This document shows, piece after piece, positions 44,813 through 54,740 of a stretch of DNA of 61,256 nt. Made by a program: the position numbers and the translations under genes. Position 1 is the stretch's first letter; the number at the start of each line of letters is the position of its first letter. A model generated the notes under the pieces. That model was given only the letters and a program-made list of their open reading frames with translations. It searched no databases and was not told the DNA's origin. Source of the DNA: a virus; the IMG/VR virus record IMGVR_UViG_3300045988_077016, positions 1-61,256 of that record; one strand, 5' to 3'.

Positions 44813-45541
44813 TTAAGCTAAAGTAATATCACTATCTTTTACCCAGCCTACCCACTCACCATCTTCGCTTGTTACATGATATTTACATGAAGCGTTTTTC
44901 TTGATGAAGTCAACCTTACACTTAAAATCAGATTTGGTTGCATTTGTTATGTCACCTGTACTTGCTGTATATACATTACCATTTACAACAACGCTGCAAC
45001 CAACTGTAATCTGTTCGGGCAATAATGTTGGCGTGTCCATACTACCTATAACAGGTAATTCAGTATTTGTAGATGAATAACCTGTTGTCAGCGTTGGCGT
45101 TAATATCTTCACATGATATGGTACATATTCTTTTAACTCTAAAGAGTAGTAACAATCCTCATAGTCACCACCTTGATTGTAATACTCAAAGTTTTCAACG
45201 GTTACTAAAGTGTTAAAATTAGTGCCCGTTACAACAAATCTACAAGGCTTTGCTTCATCCATTATACGTGTAAAGAAATCTTTGTAAAACTCGACTGATT
45301 CAAACCTACGTTTAGTATTAACACCTGTCCACCAATTTTCGTATGGGAAAAAGCTTTGGAACTTAATTGTGCCGAGTTTCTTTTTCTTTGGTATACTTAT
45401 TTCACCCAACTGTATTATTTCAACATTTTTATTATTACCCTTATAAGTAATAGTCAGCTTTTCGGGATTTACTGGGAGTTGTACTGATATACTGTCGTAT
45501 TCAAAAAATAATCCTATATTTCCAAATGCCAATAACCTCAA
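44813..45541 (-). CDS. Tail protein at the XkdP position, start uncertain
   Basis: 242 aa immediately downstream of the tape measure. I could not identify a LysM motif. Confidence 0.45.
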   Translation of the reverse strand: MRLLAFGNIGLFFEYDSISVQLPVNPEKLTITYKGNNKNVEIIQLGEISIPKKKKLGTIKFQSFFPYENWWTGVNTKRRFESVEFYKDFFTRIMDEAKPCRFVVTGTNFNTLVTVENFEYYNQGGDYEDCYYSLELKEYVPYHVKILTPTLTTGYSSTNTELPVIGSMDTPTLLPEQITVGCSVVVNGNVYTASTGDITNATKSDFKCKVDFIKKNASCKYHVTSEDGEWVGWVKDSDITLA

Positions 45542-45547
45542 CCCCCC

Positions 45548-47635
45548 TTATCCCATTACAACAGATGTTGCTACTTCTTCTTCAAGCATCTGTGATAATC
45601 TGTTCATTATCATGTCAACATCGACAGTTTCTTTAATGTCACCAAAGTTGTTTGTCATTGTTGGTGTACTTGTAGACACATTAATTAAAAAATCTCTTGC
45701 CGCAATATCTTTTAATAATGCTATATCTTCATCTGATAACTGTACTTCACCGCTACTGTCAAGTTTACCGCCCTTAATTTTAGATGCAACTGCACCGTCC
45801 TCAACGGGTACACCCCCTCCAGCACCAGCTGTTTGAGTGGCTGCATCATTTGCCGCAGCCATCCAGTCAGACACACCGCCTGCATTATCAAGTGAACTCA
45901 GTATTGTTGAAGTCAAGTCGCCAGCTTTTTCGCCTATTTTATTGGGGTCAAACTGGTCATATTTATCCCAAATATCCCCAATGGTTCCGACTCCTGCTCT
46001 CGCTTTTTCAAAAGCATTGTCTCCGAATGAGTTTAAGCTGTTTGCGGCCGCAGCCAACTTATCACTTATACTACGGGCATTATTTGTGCCAGCATTTTTA
46101 ATGCTGTCTGGCAAAACCTCTGTACCCAAAAAGGGTAAATCGGCATCACCGAATTTATCACCCAAGTCAGCGAAACCGCCAAAAACTTTACTTAACGCAT
46201 TAAGTATGCTGCCAATCATAGTGGCTATTGCACCAAGCACACCAGTTGCGATTGAGTATAAAAACCAAAAAGCACTCACTAATGTTGAACCAACAGCTAC
46301 CGCAAACTGAACAACTTTAGCTATGGCTGTAACAGATTTCTGTATAATATCTGTAAATGTTTCTCCACTTTTTTCATGTAGGTTTTTAAAGTAGTCAATA
46401 GCACTTGATATGGCAATACCGAGCAATAATGCTTTACCATGAGCAATTATAAATCCTGCTGCTATATACGGTAGTATTTCCATAGCCGCTGCGGCTAAAT
46501 CGTCAAAATTTTCTGACAACCATTCGATGCCGTCAGCAGCAGCATTAACGCCAACAGACATAATTCCAAAGAAACCGTCCACAACAGTTGACAAAGTTTC
46601 CCAGAATTTAATAGAATCTTCACTTTGTAGCCAGTCCATTATGTCTGTTATACTCTGATAAAAGCTTTTCATACCCGCACCGTTTGAGGTTAAATTGGAC
46701 ATCATCATACCCCACATGGTGGTAATGGATTCTTTAACTTGCTCAACTGTCCATGGCATAGCTGCAAAATCTTCATTTATCTTGTCAGACATTAATTCGA
46801 AAGCTTTAGTTATTCTTTCAGCAGTTAATTCACCCTGTGAACCCAATTCTTTCAAGTCGCCGAAAGTAACATCTTTATCAAAAATGCCTTGCATATTCAA
46901 GCCTTCTGCTAAATACTCACCCATTCGGGGTGCGTACTGTCTAATAGCTTTAAGCTCTTGTCCTTGTAAAGTGCCTTGACCTAATGCTTGAGATAACTGC
47001 AATAATACTGATTCAGTTTCTTTAGCATTAGCACCACCAAGAATAAGTGATTTATTAACTGCCTCGGCAAATTTAGCACTTTGTTGTATAGCATTTGCAC
47101 CAGAATAAACGCCTGTTGCTAACATACGGTTTACAAGGTCAGATGTTGCATTTAAACTTGAGCGTGATGCTAAAGCAGATTTACCTATAACATTATACAT
47201 TACATCATCACTAAAACCTGATGTATTATATGCTGACAACCTGGCTTTTTGTAACTTTATACTGTCAGACGTATCAGTTAATTTCGATGTTAGGTCTATC
47301 GCTTTATTACCGATTTTGGACATTAGATAGTAGACAGATGCTAAATCCTGTATTGATTGTTTAGTGTCTTCCACAACTGTTTTTACAGCTTTAGCGGCTG
47401 CTTGCATTCCAGCAATAAAGCCTGTTCCAGCAGATATGCCACCATACCCAGCGCCTCCTGCGCCCGCACCTGCACCCATTGCCCCATTTATCGCACTCGC
47501 CATACGTTGAGCCGCTTGTGCAGTTTGGTCGAACTGAGTTTCTAATGTTTTCGCATTTCGGCTAAGTGTTTTTAATGCGGGGCTCATTCTGTCAACAAAT
47601 TCCATAGAAACTCTTAAATTTGTATCACTTGGCAA
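45548..47635 (-). CDS. Tail tape measure protein
   Basis: 695 aa, Ala/Gly-rich with hydrophobic helices. TTG start 5 nt after AGGAGGTGA. Follows the frameshifted chaperone. Confidence 0.85.
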   Translation of the reverse strand: MPSDTNLRVSMEFVDRMSPALKTLSRNAKTLETQFDQTAQAAQRMASAINGAMGAGAGAGGAGYGGISAGTGFIAGMQAAAKAVKTVVEDTKQSIQDLASVYYLMSKIGNKAIDLTSKLTDTSDSIKLQKARLSAYNTSGFSDDVMYNVIGKSALASRSSLNATSDLVNRMLATGVYSGANAIQQSAKFAEAVNKSLILGGANAKETESVLLQLSQALGQGTLQGQELKAIRQYAPRMGEYLAEGLNMQGIFDKDVTFGDLKELGSQGELTAERITKAFELMSDKINEDFAAMPWTVEQVKESITTMWGMMMSNLTSNGAGMKSFYQSITDIMDWLQSEDSIKFWETLSTVVDGFFGIMSVGVNAAADGIEWLSENFDDLAAAAMEILPYIAAGFIIAHGKALLLGIAISSAIDYFKNLHEKSGETFTDIIQKSVTAIAKVVQFAVAVGSTLVSAFWFLYSIATGVLGAIATMIGSILNALSKVFGGFADLGDKFGDADLPFLGTEVLPDSIKNAGTNNARSISDKLAAAANSLNSFGDNAFEKARAGVGTIGDIWDKYDQFDPNKIGEKAGDLTSTILSSLDNAGGVSDWMAAANDAATQTAGAGGGVPVEDGAVASKIKGGKLDSSGEVQLSDEDIALLKDIAARDFLINVSTSTPTMTNNFGDIKETVDVDMIMNRLSQMLEEEVATSVVMG

Positions 47636-47640
47636 CTATC

Positions 47641-48248
47641 TCACCTCCTTGTACTACGTCTATTAACAACATTTCTACCACCATTTAATCTGTTTCTCTG
47701 CTCTTTTTCGGATTTAAGTCGTTCTTCAACTATTGCTCTTAAAACAATCTTTTCCCGATAAGGCATCATTAAAAAATCGGAAGGTTTCCAATGAAGCTTA
47801 GTTACACAATAATAGCATAACCAAGCCTCACCGTCACCTTCCTTTAGGAGTTTTTTACCTCTTCAACCATTTCTTCTTGTTCGACCTCGCCGAAACCAGA
47901 GAACTGTTGAATAGCAATAGCCAGATTTATAACTTCACCACCAGTGAGTATCTTATAAAGTAATGCTTTGGGGTTTGTGGGACAACCTGCTTTAGCAAGC
48001 CATTCAGCATCTCTAAAATTGGGGGCTACACAATGATTGAGTACGATAGTTTCATTAAATTTCTGTATATCAAATTCACGTTTGCCCTTAGCACCAACTT
48101 TCATGCACTGTTTTTGATATTCGTTAAGTTTAACACCGTCAATACAACTAATTGTAAACGGTTTATCTTTTAATCTTTCTGAAATGATTACCTCTTTAGT
48201 TAAATCATTGACTGTGTTCTCGAGAAGGAACATCTGTAAATCTGTCAT
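47641..48248 (-). CDS. Tail assembly chaperone long form (G-T analogue) made by a -1 programmed frameshift
   Basis: Slippery heptamer A AAA AAC (47856..47850) sits 2 codons before the G stop. The -1 frame is open for 70 codons up to the TGA that overlaps the tape-measure RBS. Confidence 0.75.
47844..48248 (-). CDS. Tail assembly chaperone short form (XkdN-like)
   Basis: 134-aa ORF between the tube and tape measure genes. Confidence 0.8.
   Translation of the reverse strand: MTDLQMFLLENTVNDLTKEVIISERLKDKPFTISCIDGVKLNEYQKQCMKVGAKGKREFDIQKFNETIVLNHCVAPNFRDAEWLAKAGCPTNPKALLYKILTGGEVINLAIAIQQFSGFGEVEQEEMVEEVKNS
47850..47856 (-). other. -1 ribosomal frameshift slippery site A_AAA_AAC
   Basis: Fits X XXY YYZ in the zero frame GTA AAA AAC. 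Confidence 0.7.
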
Positions 48249-48290
48249 ATATAAAACCTCCTATATATTAAGTATTATTTACTTTAATTA

Positions 48291-48773
48291 TCAGCTACCT
48301 AATACAGGCACACCAAATTCATCGAGTAATTCGGCATCATCGAATGTAAATGATATATTTTCGTCTAATACTTCTGAATCAACATCAAGTTTACCCATAA
48401 TAACTGAGTCCAGTGTACAAGTTCTGAGTAATGTTGTCTGTTTACCGATGGAACTTCCTGGGTCATCATTAATAAGAGTAATATCGAAGTATACGGGTTT
48501 ACCTGTTTTCATATACTTAATAGCCATTTCTCTAAAACGAGAAGTAGCATAATAAAGTGTTGCTGTACCTGCGCCTGTCCAACCATTGGGTTTATGTTGT
48601 TCACCACGTTTACCGAGTGTTCTAATGCCTGTTTTATTGATTGTACAGGTTGCTTCGATGTTCTTTATCATAAATAAATCCTCAACAGTGGACGAACCGC
48701 TTTCATCCTGAACTACCATTGTAGCCCAACCCTCTTGTCCAGAGATTGTGTCACCAGCTTTAAAGTAACTCAT
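48291..48773 (-). CDS. Tail tube protein (XkdM-like)
   Basis: 160 aa, directly after the sheath gene. Confidence 0.75.
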   Translation of the reverse strand: MSYFKAGDTISGQEGWATMVVQDESGSSTVEDLFMIKNIEATCTINKTGIRTLGKRGEQHKPNGWTGAGTATLYYATSRFREMAIKYMKTGKPVYFDITLINDDPGSSIGKQTTLLRTCTLDSVIMGKLDVDSEVLDENISFTFDDAELLDEFGVPVLGS

Positions 48774-48788
48774 TTAATTCACCTCCGA

Positions 48789-50150
48789 TTAAGCATCAAC
48801 ATTAACAACCATGTAAAGTTTTTCCATAGAATCTACGGGTTGTACTGTAAATTCAGCCACAACAGCATCTACGTCAGTACCTTTAAGCACAGTAATGTCA
48901 TCAGCACCATTAAAATTTTGGATAGCATTGATGCCCTGTAATTCGCTACACATACTGATTAATTCGCCCTTATAGATATTTCTGCCGTTATCGTTATTGT
49001 CCATTTTACCAGCATAATTGCGGTTAAATATTAAAGCTGCTGTATTGCCTATTTCGTCAAGTACACGAATAACCCTGTTTTTGGAAAAAGCTTTATTTTT
49101 ATCTGTTGTGAATGTGTGTAAAGAGTTTATGTCCTGCTCAATTAAAACTGCTCCATCCTGTCTTTCTGAAAGAACGAACCAACCTGCTTTGAGCTTATCT
49201 ATAATTTCTTTATCGTCATAATAGTTAATAATGTCAATAGCATCCTCAACTACCCTACAAGTATTGCTTTCATTTACAGCTGCACCGGCTGTGATACTTG
49301 CGGCATAGAGTTGGAATAACTCTGGTGTAACTGTATCTGTTGCTGTCTTAAAGCCCTGTGATGTCTTAATAATACCTTCATAGTCAGTATCATAATTATA
49401 ACATACAGCTTGAGCCTTCTTACCTAAATCATCACGACAAGTCTCAATAAATGATTTTACAAGAGGTGGAACAGTTGTTTCTGTTGTCTGAATAGCTAAA
49501 CATTGCCAGTTCTCTCTCTTAAGTAATTCAAAGAATTTTGTATAAGCAGTACTTGCTGTAACTGTACCGTTTGTACCACCTGTGAGAGGTACACCAGCTG
49601 TTTCTGTGGGTTTAGTAGCTGTCGATGCTGACGGTACTGTAAATTTAACCCAATCAGATTCAATGCTTGTTAAATCACCAAGTTTTGTAATTACAAATGA
49701 TTCTTTAAGCACGCCACTGTAAAGCACCTGTAATGTAAAAGATGTTGATTCTTCATCGTTAGCCACAATAGCTAAAGCAATATTGTTACCGATTGTACCA
49801 GCGTATTTAGCTGTTGCTGTAACCGTTGATACTGTGCCTGATGCACTTGTACCACCATTATCTGCTCTAAAGAAAAATCCTTTGTAACTTCCTGCTAAGG
49901 CCATTCTATAGGGTAAACTTTCAGCTGTATCAAACGCTGTACAACCAATTTTTTCAAGGCTGCTACCGTCAATTAAATCAGAGCTGTACACCTCAATAAG
50001 TTCATTGTTCGGCCCCCATGACATAGGTAATGCAATAGCTACTACACCACGTTCACCAAGAGTGCCTATAGGTTTGGGAACAGATTTAAAGTTGATATAT
50101 GCTCCCGGTCTTACTTTATTTTGTACTGTCCAAGTACCTCCTGCTGGCAT
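48789..50150 (-). CDS. Contractile tail sheath protein (XkdK-like)
   Basis: N-terminus MPAGGTWTVQNKVRPGAYINFKS is the typical sheath start; 453 aa. Confidence 0.85.
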   Translation of the reverse strand: MPAGGTWTVQNKVRPGAYINFKSVPKPIGTLGERGVVAIALPMSWGPNNELIEVYSSDLIDGSSLEKIGCTAFDTAESLPYRMALAGSYKGFFFRADNGGTSASGTVSTVTATAKYAGTIGNNIALAIVANDEESTSFTLQVLYSGVLKESFVITKLGDLTSIESDWVKFTVPSASTATKPTETAGVPLTGGTNGTVTASTAYTKFFELLKRENWQCLAIQTTETTVPPLVKSFIETCRDDLGKKAQAVCYNYDTDYEGIIKTSQGFKTATDTVTPELFQLYAASITAGAAVNESNTCRVVEDAIDIINYYDDKEIIDKLKAGWFVLSERQDGAVLIEQDINSLHTFTTDKNKAFSKNRVIRVLDEIGNTAALIFNRNYAGKMDNNDNGRNIYKGELISMCSELQGINAIQNFNGADDITVLKGTDVDAVVAEFTVQPVDSMEKLYMVVNVDA

Positions 50151-50152
50151 CT

Positions 50153-50617
50153 TTAATTACCTCCTTTACCGTAACTAATAAAACCTTCAGTTTCAAGTGT
50201 ACGCATTTTGTCAATAGATTCTTCCATTTTATTAACTCTAAATGAATACTCTACGAAAAAATGTAACACATTATCCATTATTTCGAAACGCATATTGCTT
50301 GCAGTAACACGTTTACCAGATACTGTAATGTTATCGAGTACCTCAAATAATTTGTGACCAACAGCATTACAATAAGTTTGTTTAGTATCTTCTTTATCAT
50401 TGGGGTGACAGCGTACATCTAAAAAATAGATACGTTCACCCGAATTACGTAAGCCCTTAACGTGTGTCGTATTTAACTGTTGTATGAAAAAACAAGGTTT
50501 TACCATACCCTCAAGTGGCGTATCTTTATAAACCGTTGTTATTTCATTCTTAAAGCCATCTAATAGCTTCATAGCTACCTGTGACACCACATCGGTTGCA
50601 GATAAACTTGTCGGCAT
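50153..50617 (-). CDS. Tail completion/terminator protein candidate
   Basis: ATG 50617 behind a GCAGGAGG RBS; the ORF is open to 50635. Placed by synteny before the sheath. Confidence 0.5.
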   Translation of the reverse strand: MPTSLSATDVVSQVAMKLLDGFKNEITTVYKDTPLEGMVKPCFFIQQLNTTHVKGLRNSGERIYFLDVRCHPNDKEDTKQTYCNAVGHKLFEVLDNITVSGKRVTASNMRFEIMDNVLHFFVEYSFRVNKMEESIDKMRTLETEGFISYGKGGN

Positions 50618-50660
50618 TAATAAAACCTCCTGCATCTATCAAGAATATTTACTACTGTAT

Positions 50661-51161
50661 TTAAGTACCGTTATAAACAAATTCGGTACCACCAACTGAC
50701 ATACTACCGTTACCTGATAAATAACTCTGTAGCCATTTTGTAAAGTTCAAGCCAAATTGTTTATTAACATCATCTAAAAAGATTTGTAACGGTACAGTTA
50801 TCATAAATTTACCGTCTACCCAATCAGCATCACCCTCACCAACACCACTTTTATACGGCTTTGCGTGACCGTACTCAACCCAACCTGAATACGGCGCTGT
50901 ATTTTCAAAAGTTATTTTTACTGATGTGCCGTTCATTTCGATTTTAGGTGAAATCCAGCTGTTAAGTAAGTTACCTGTATAAATCGGTGTACGTTTTTTT
51001 GCTTCACGATTTATTTTTAATGCTTGCATGGTTGCCCAGCTTTGTAACCATTGTGGGAAATAAGTTGTAGCAGCACTTAAACCATCTACAAAAACTGAAT
51101 ATTGTCTATAATTAAACCCGCTGACATTACGCATTGGGTCTATATTACCTAAAGCCATCAA
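50661..51161 (-). CDS. HK97 gp10-like head-tail joining protein
   Basis: KKRTPIYTGNLLNSW...APYSGWVEYGH matches the gp10 pattern (tG.Lr.S......Ya..vEyG). Confidence 0.65.
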   Translation of the reverse strand: MMALGNIDPMRNVSGFNYRQYSVFVDGLSAATTYFPQWLQSWATMQALKINREAKKRTPIYTGNLLNSWISPKIEMNGTSVKITFENTAPYSGWVEYGHAKPYKSGVGEGDADWVDGKFMITVPLQIFLDDVNKQFGLNFTKWLQSYLSGNGSMSVGGTEFVYNGT

Positions 51162-51172
51162 ACATCACCGCC

Positions 51173-51571
51173 TTAAGCTGATGTATCGATATTAAGCATT
51201 GCCTCTGTATGCGTATCATAAGCAGCTGGCAAACCTAATATACCCTCATACTTCATAAGTACTTCATTTTCAGTACTCATTCTGTCTATATAGATATGGT
51301 CACCAGCTTTTACATCAGTAAATATTGGAAAAAATACTTTTGGGTTAGTTTCAACTGGATTTTCGTCAATAGCTTTATTAGCAGCACTTTCAAGTCTGTA
51401 TCTGCTAAAAGATAATCGGCATTTATGATTTTTAACTATGGGATTTTCTGTGTCGAGTTTTACTGTAGTTGTACCATCGGAATTTATAACCGACCTTCTT
51501 CGACATATAGTACAACGGTCAGTCATAGCAGCCTCTAATACTCTACGGGCCTGAAACACGTTCATTACCAT
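51173..51571 (-). CDS. Head closure / head-tail adaptor protein
   Basis: 132 aa, placed by synteny. Confidence 0.5.
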   Translation of the reverse strand: MVMNVFQARRVLEAAMTDRCTICRRRSVINSDGTTTVKLDTENPIVKNHKCRLSFSRYRLESAANKAIDENPVETNPKVFFPIFTDVKAGDHIYIDRMSTENEVLMKYEGILGLPAAYDTHTEAMLNIDTSA

Positions 51572-51984
51572 ATCCTCCTAAATCGATTTAATTCTTCTCG
51601 GTAATTCAGAATGATTTCATCAAGATTATTGGTGTGAGCAGCTAATCCCCTATAAGTTGGATTGGTAATGGTTAATGTACCCTCTTTCCAAGAGCTGTCA
51701 CCCATTGAAATAGTACCAAATGAACCTATAAGAGCATTAATATCACCATCAGATATAGTATCATCTGTTGTATGTGTATTATTTGCAGCCATTTCATAAT
51801 CCAGTAAATCAAGTGTCATGTTAGCCCATGTAAAATAGAGCGCCTTAGGTACTTCTGGTCTTACGCAGTAATTTTTAATACGCTGTTCAACCTCATTTAT
51901 AGCTAAAGCAATATATACATCCTCTAAATCCAACTCTGGGCGTTTAAGGTGTACGATTTCCATTATTGTACTATTATAATCCAT
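51565..51984 (-). CDS. Head-tail connector (gp6-like)
   Basis: 139 aa, ELDLEDVYIALAINEVEQRIKNYC pattern, placed by synteny. Confidence 0.55.
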   Translation of the reverse strand: MDYNSTIMEIVHLKRPELDLEDVYIALAINEVEQRIKNYCVRPEVPKALYFTWANMTLDLLDYEMAANNTHTTDDTISDGDINALIGSFGTISMGDSSWKEGTLTITNPTYRGLAAHTNNLDEIILNYREELNRFRRIW

Positions 51985-51999
51985 GACACTCAGCCTCCA

Positions 52000-52191
52000 T
52001 TACTGTTCTGTAGCTTTTTCGTCTATGTCAAGAGCAGATAATTTTCTTCTCTGTTTGGTGTGTCTAAGTACTTGACAACCCATAGCCATAAATTCTTCCA
52101 CTTCTGTTTCCCCCACTTCAAAGGGGGTACGGGCAGGAATTACCTGCCCATTATATTTAAGTTTAGTGTTGCACATTACTGTTGCAGACAT
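52000..52191 (-). CDS. Hypothetical small structural-module protein (63 aa)
   Basis: ORF after the capsid gene with a GGAGG RBS. Confidence 0.5.
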   Translation of the reverse strand: MSATVMCNTKLKYNGQVIPARTPFEVGETEVEEFMAMGCQVLRHTKQRRKLSALDIDEKATEQ

Positions 52192-52213
52192 ATTAACTAC
52201 CTCCCCCTACATA

Positions 52214-53293
52214 TTAGTATTTAATGTTAAATACCTTGTTCATGTTTTCGAATGAAGGGAGTACAATTTCTGAAACAGATGTAATAACATTTACAGGAAG
52301 TGATTCTTTCTTAGTGAGAATTGCGATACCTGTATTAATGATTGAAACATTAGCATCTGTGTTACCGCTCATAAGGTCTGCTTCTTCCGGTGTTGTACCG
52401 TACCAAGTCTTACCAAGTGTGCCGGCAGGAAGAAGTGTGATGCAGCCTGATGTGGGGTAGAAGTACTGCTCAACACCCCTAAAGTCTTTATAAAGTTTAT
52501 CAGCAATCTGGAAACTAATGCCTGTTTTCTTTGTCAGATAATCCATAACCATGTTATCTGTTACAATGATACTATTAGCACCGATAGCTGTAATTGTCAT
52601 ATCTTGTTTGATATTCTTATTAAGAGTAATATCAATCCAAGTGTCATAACCAAGAATAGCTCTTGTAAGATTAATACCCCTCTTTTTAGCCTCTCTTACT
52701 GTATCAATAATATCTGTTACAGGGTTACTGTTCTCATGGTCACTCCACTTACTTGTACCAGCAAGTGTTGTGATATTCTTGCTTGCCCATGTACCATTCG
52801 GGTCATAGTTATATGTGTAATTAGCACTCTGACCTGATGTATTCTGTGATTGAAGTGAGAAAGCACCGTCTGTAATAAGTTTAAGTCGCATGATTTCGGG
52901 AATAACTTTAGCGCCGTCTACAAGATTCTTTTCATCGTCAAAAATTCTTCTAATGATTTCTCTTGCGTAGCTATCATTATTGGCCTCCATGAACATAAGG
53001 AGCTGCTGTCTATCTTCCTCACCAATTCTCATAGCTTCTCTAAAGAATGGCATACGTGTCTGTTCAATGCTGATGTTACCTCTATCTCTAAGGGGCGGTT
53101 TAGCATCGAACGCTGATGGGTTAAGAGCAACTGGAAGAGTATCATATCCCTTAATCCATTCAAGTCTTAAGCCCTGTTTCTTATCGTTAGGGAAAAGCAC
53201 CTCACCAATCATGGGCAGCTCATTTGAATAGAGTGTTTCATAGTAGGCTGCAAGTGCTTGTGATGTTACCATATCATAAATTGATTTAGCCAT
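52214..53293 (-). CDS. Major capsid protein
   Basis: 359 aa, preceded by the scaffold and decoration genes. N-terminus (MAKSIYDM..ALAAYYETL...VLFPN) resembles E-type capsid proteins. Confidence 0.8.
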   Translation of the reverse strand: MAKSIYDMVTSQALAAYYETLYSNELPMIGEVLFPNDKKQGLRLEWIKGYDTLPVALNPSAFDAKPPLRDRGNISIEQTRMPFFREAMRIGEEDRQQLLMFMEANNDSYAREIIRRIFDDEKNLVDGAKVIPEIMRLKLITDGAFSLQSQNTSGQSANYTYNYDPNGTWASKNITTLAGTSKWSDHENSNPVTDIIDTVREAKKRGINLTRAILGYDTWIDITLNKNIKQDMTITAIGANSIIVTDNMVMDYLTKKTGISFQIADKLYKDFRGVEQYFYPTSGCITLLPAGTLGKTWYGTTPEEADLMSGNTDANVSIINTGIAILTKKESLPVNVITSVSEIVLPSFENMNKVFNIKY

Positions 53294-53310
53294 TTATCTT
53301 ACCTCCTTCA

Positions 53311-53970
53311 TCACGCTACTGTTACAATAGTTACAGCATCAGCGGGTACGTCACCTGTTGTAGTTGCAGCTGCTTTAGGTACTACTGTAACAGTACCAGC
53401 AACAGCGGCGGCTGTATTCTTAGTTGTAAATGTTACAAAGTTACCTGCGGGGTCAACTGTGATACTATCAACTGATACCTTTGTTGTAGTTTCACCTGTA
53501 ATTGTCCAATTAGCTTTATTCGCAGCGGCATCCCTAAACTGTGTACCGGCGATTGATACAACAATGTTGTGCATTGTACCATTTGCCTCACCGGCAGATG
53601 CAGAAACGGGATTTGTTACAGAAAGGGTTGAAGTAATTGACTGTAACGGTAAGAATGTAATCTGCTTAAGGTTTGTCTTAGCGGCTGCAGCGGGAATTTC
53701 GGGAAGTTTGTCTGTTCTAATAAAACCATGAATAATTACTGCTACAACAGCATCACCGTATGTAACATCATAATCATTCATAATAACGCCGATGGCTGAA
53801 CCTGTATTTGATGGGTATATTGTACCGGCTTTAATTATCTTATGACCTTCAATGTCTTTTGCAAGAGAACTACCCTTCTCAATAGTCTGTGCAATAGCCA
53901 CATAATGGTCGGGAATTGCTAAAATCTGCTTTGATGTAGTAAAATCTTGTGTTCTATACTCAATAGCCAT
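53311..53970 (-). CDS. Head decoration protein with an Ig-like C-terminal half
   Basis: N-terminal half fits the G.i...a.GV...D...G.a..a.v..hG decoration-like pattern. C-terminal half is a T/V/A-rich beta (Ig-like) segment. Confidence 0.55.
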   Translation of the reverse strand: MAIEYRTQDFTTSKQILAIPDHYVAIAQTIEKGSSLAKDIEGHKIIKAGTIYPSNTGSAIGVIMNDYDVTYGDAVVAVIIHGFIRTDKLPEIPAAAAKTNLKQITFLPLQSITSTLSVTNPVSASAGEANGTMHNIVVSIAGTQFRDAAANKANWTITGETTTKVSVDSITVDPAGNFVTFTTKNTAAAVAGTVTVVPKAAATTTGDVPADAVTIVTVA

Positions 53971-54632
53971 TAATTTGTACCTCCTTTAAAATAAGTGTTA
54001 TTTGCTGTTTCTAATGCTTTTGACTGATTAATTACATCTTGTGCTAAAGATTTAGCAAATGCAACATCAGCACTAACATTATTGTTTGGATTATTGTTGT
54101 TATTACTATTTTTAGGGGATTGACCAAAAAACTGATTCTGCTGATTTTGATTCGCAGTTTTAAAGTAATGCGGTTTACTCTGTTTAAGAGCATCAATCTG
54201 TTCCGTTAAACCAGATTCAATTTTACCGTCTTTAAAAACTACTTTGGACATATCAATTTTAGGGAATACATCGTCCATATCAACAACTATATCAGAGAGA
54301 GTGTTTCTAACGAGATTTTCTTGTAAAAGAACCGTTGCCTGATTATCATACTTGTTTTTCCAATCAGTAATTTGAGTATTCAAATCAGCAATAGTAGTAT
54401 TAAGCGTTGACACATCGTTTTCAAAAGGTTTTAACCTTTTCACCTCATTTTGGGCAGCCAGTAAATCATTCTGTAACGTTGTTTTCTTATTATTGGCTTC
54501 ATTAAATACCTCTTTGCTGACATAGTTATTATCAAGCACTGATTTAAAAAGACTGTTTATATTTGATAATATTGACGTAGCAACGGTTTCTTCAATTCCC
54601 GACTGAATAAGTTGTTCTTTAGTAATAGCCAT
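53970..54632 (-). CDS. Scaffolding protein
   Basis: 220 aa, helical and coiled-coil-rich with an N/Q-rich linker, immediately upstream of the decoration and capsid genes. Confidence 0.65.
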   Translation of the reverse strand: MAITKEQLIQSGIEETVATSILSNINSLFKSVLDNNYVSKEVFNEANNKKTTLQNDLLAAQNEVKRLKPFENDVSTLNTTIADLNTQITDWKNKYDNQATVLLQENLVRNTLSDIVVDMDDVFPKIDMSKVVFKDGKIESGLTEQIDALKQSKPHYFKTANQNQQNQFFGQSPKNSNNNNNPNNNVSADVAFAKSLAQDVINQSKALETANNTYFKGGTN

Positions 54633-54704
54633 AAATATTTCCTCCTCAATCTTCGACTTTTTACGGTGGTATCTCCCACCAGACTGATATTATTTTACAT
54701 ATAC

Positions 54705-54733
54705 AGTATAATGTATTCATAAATATTTGTAAA
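54705..54733 (-). promoter_or_regulatory. Sigma-70-type promoter upstream of the scaffold/capsid genes
   Basis: Minus strand: TTTACA, 17 nt, TATACT, followed by a GGTGG-GAGATA-CCACC hairpin in the 5' UTR. Confidence 0.5.
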
Positions 54734-54740
54734 TACATAT

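Noticed and set aside
45612-47545. Several 60-157-aa plus-strand ORFs inside the tape measure gene
   Set aside because: They are antisense or alternative frames of an Ala/Gly-rich gene in which stop codons are depleted. They have no RBS and their composition is rich in S, P, A and L.
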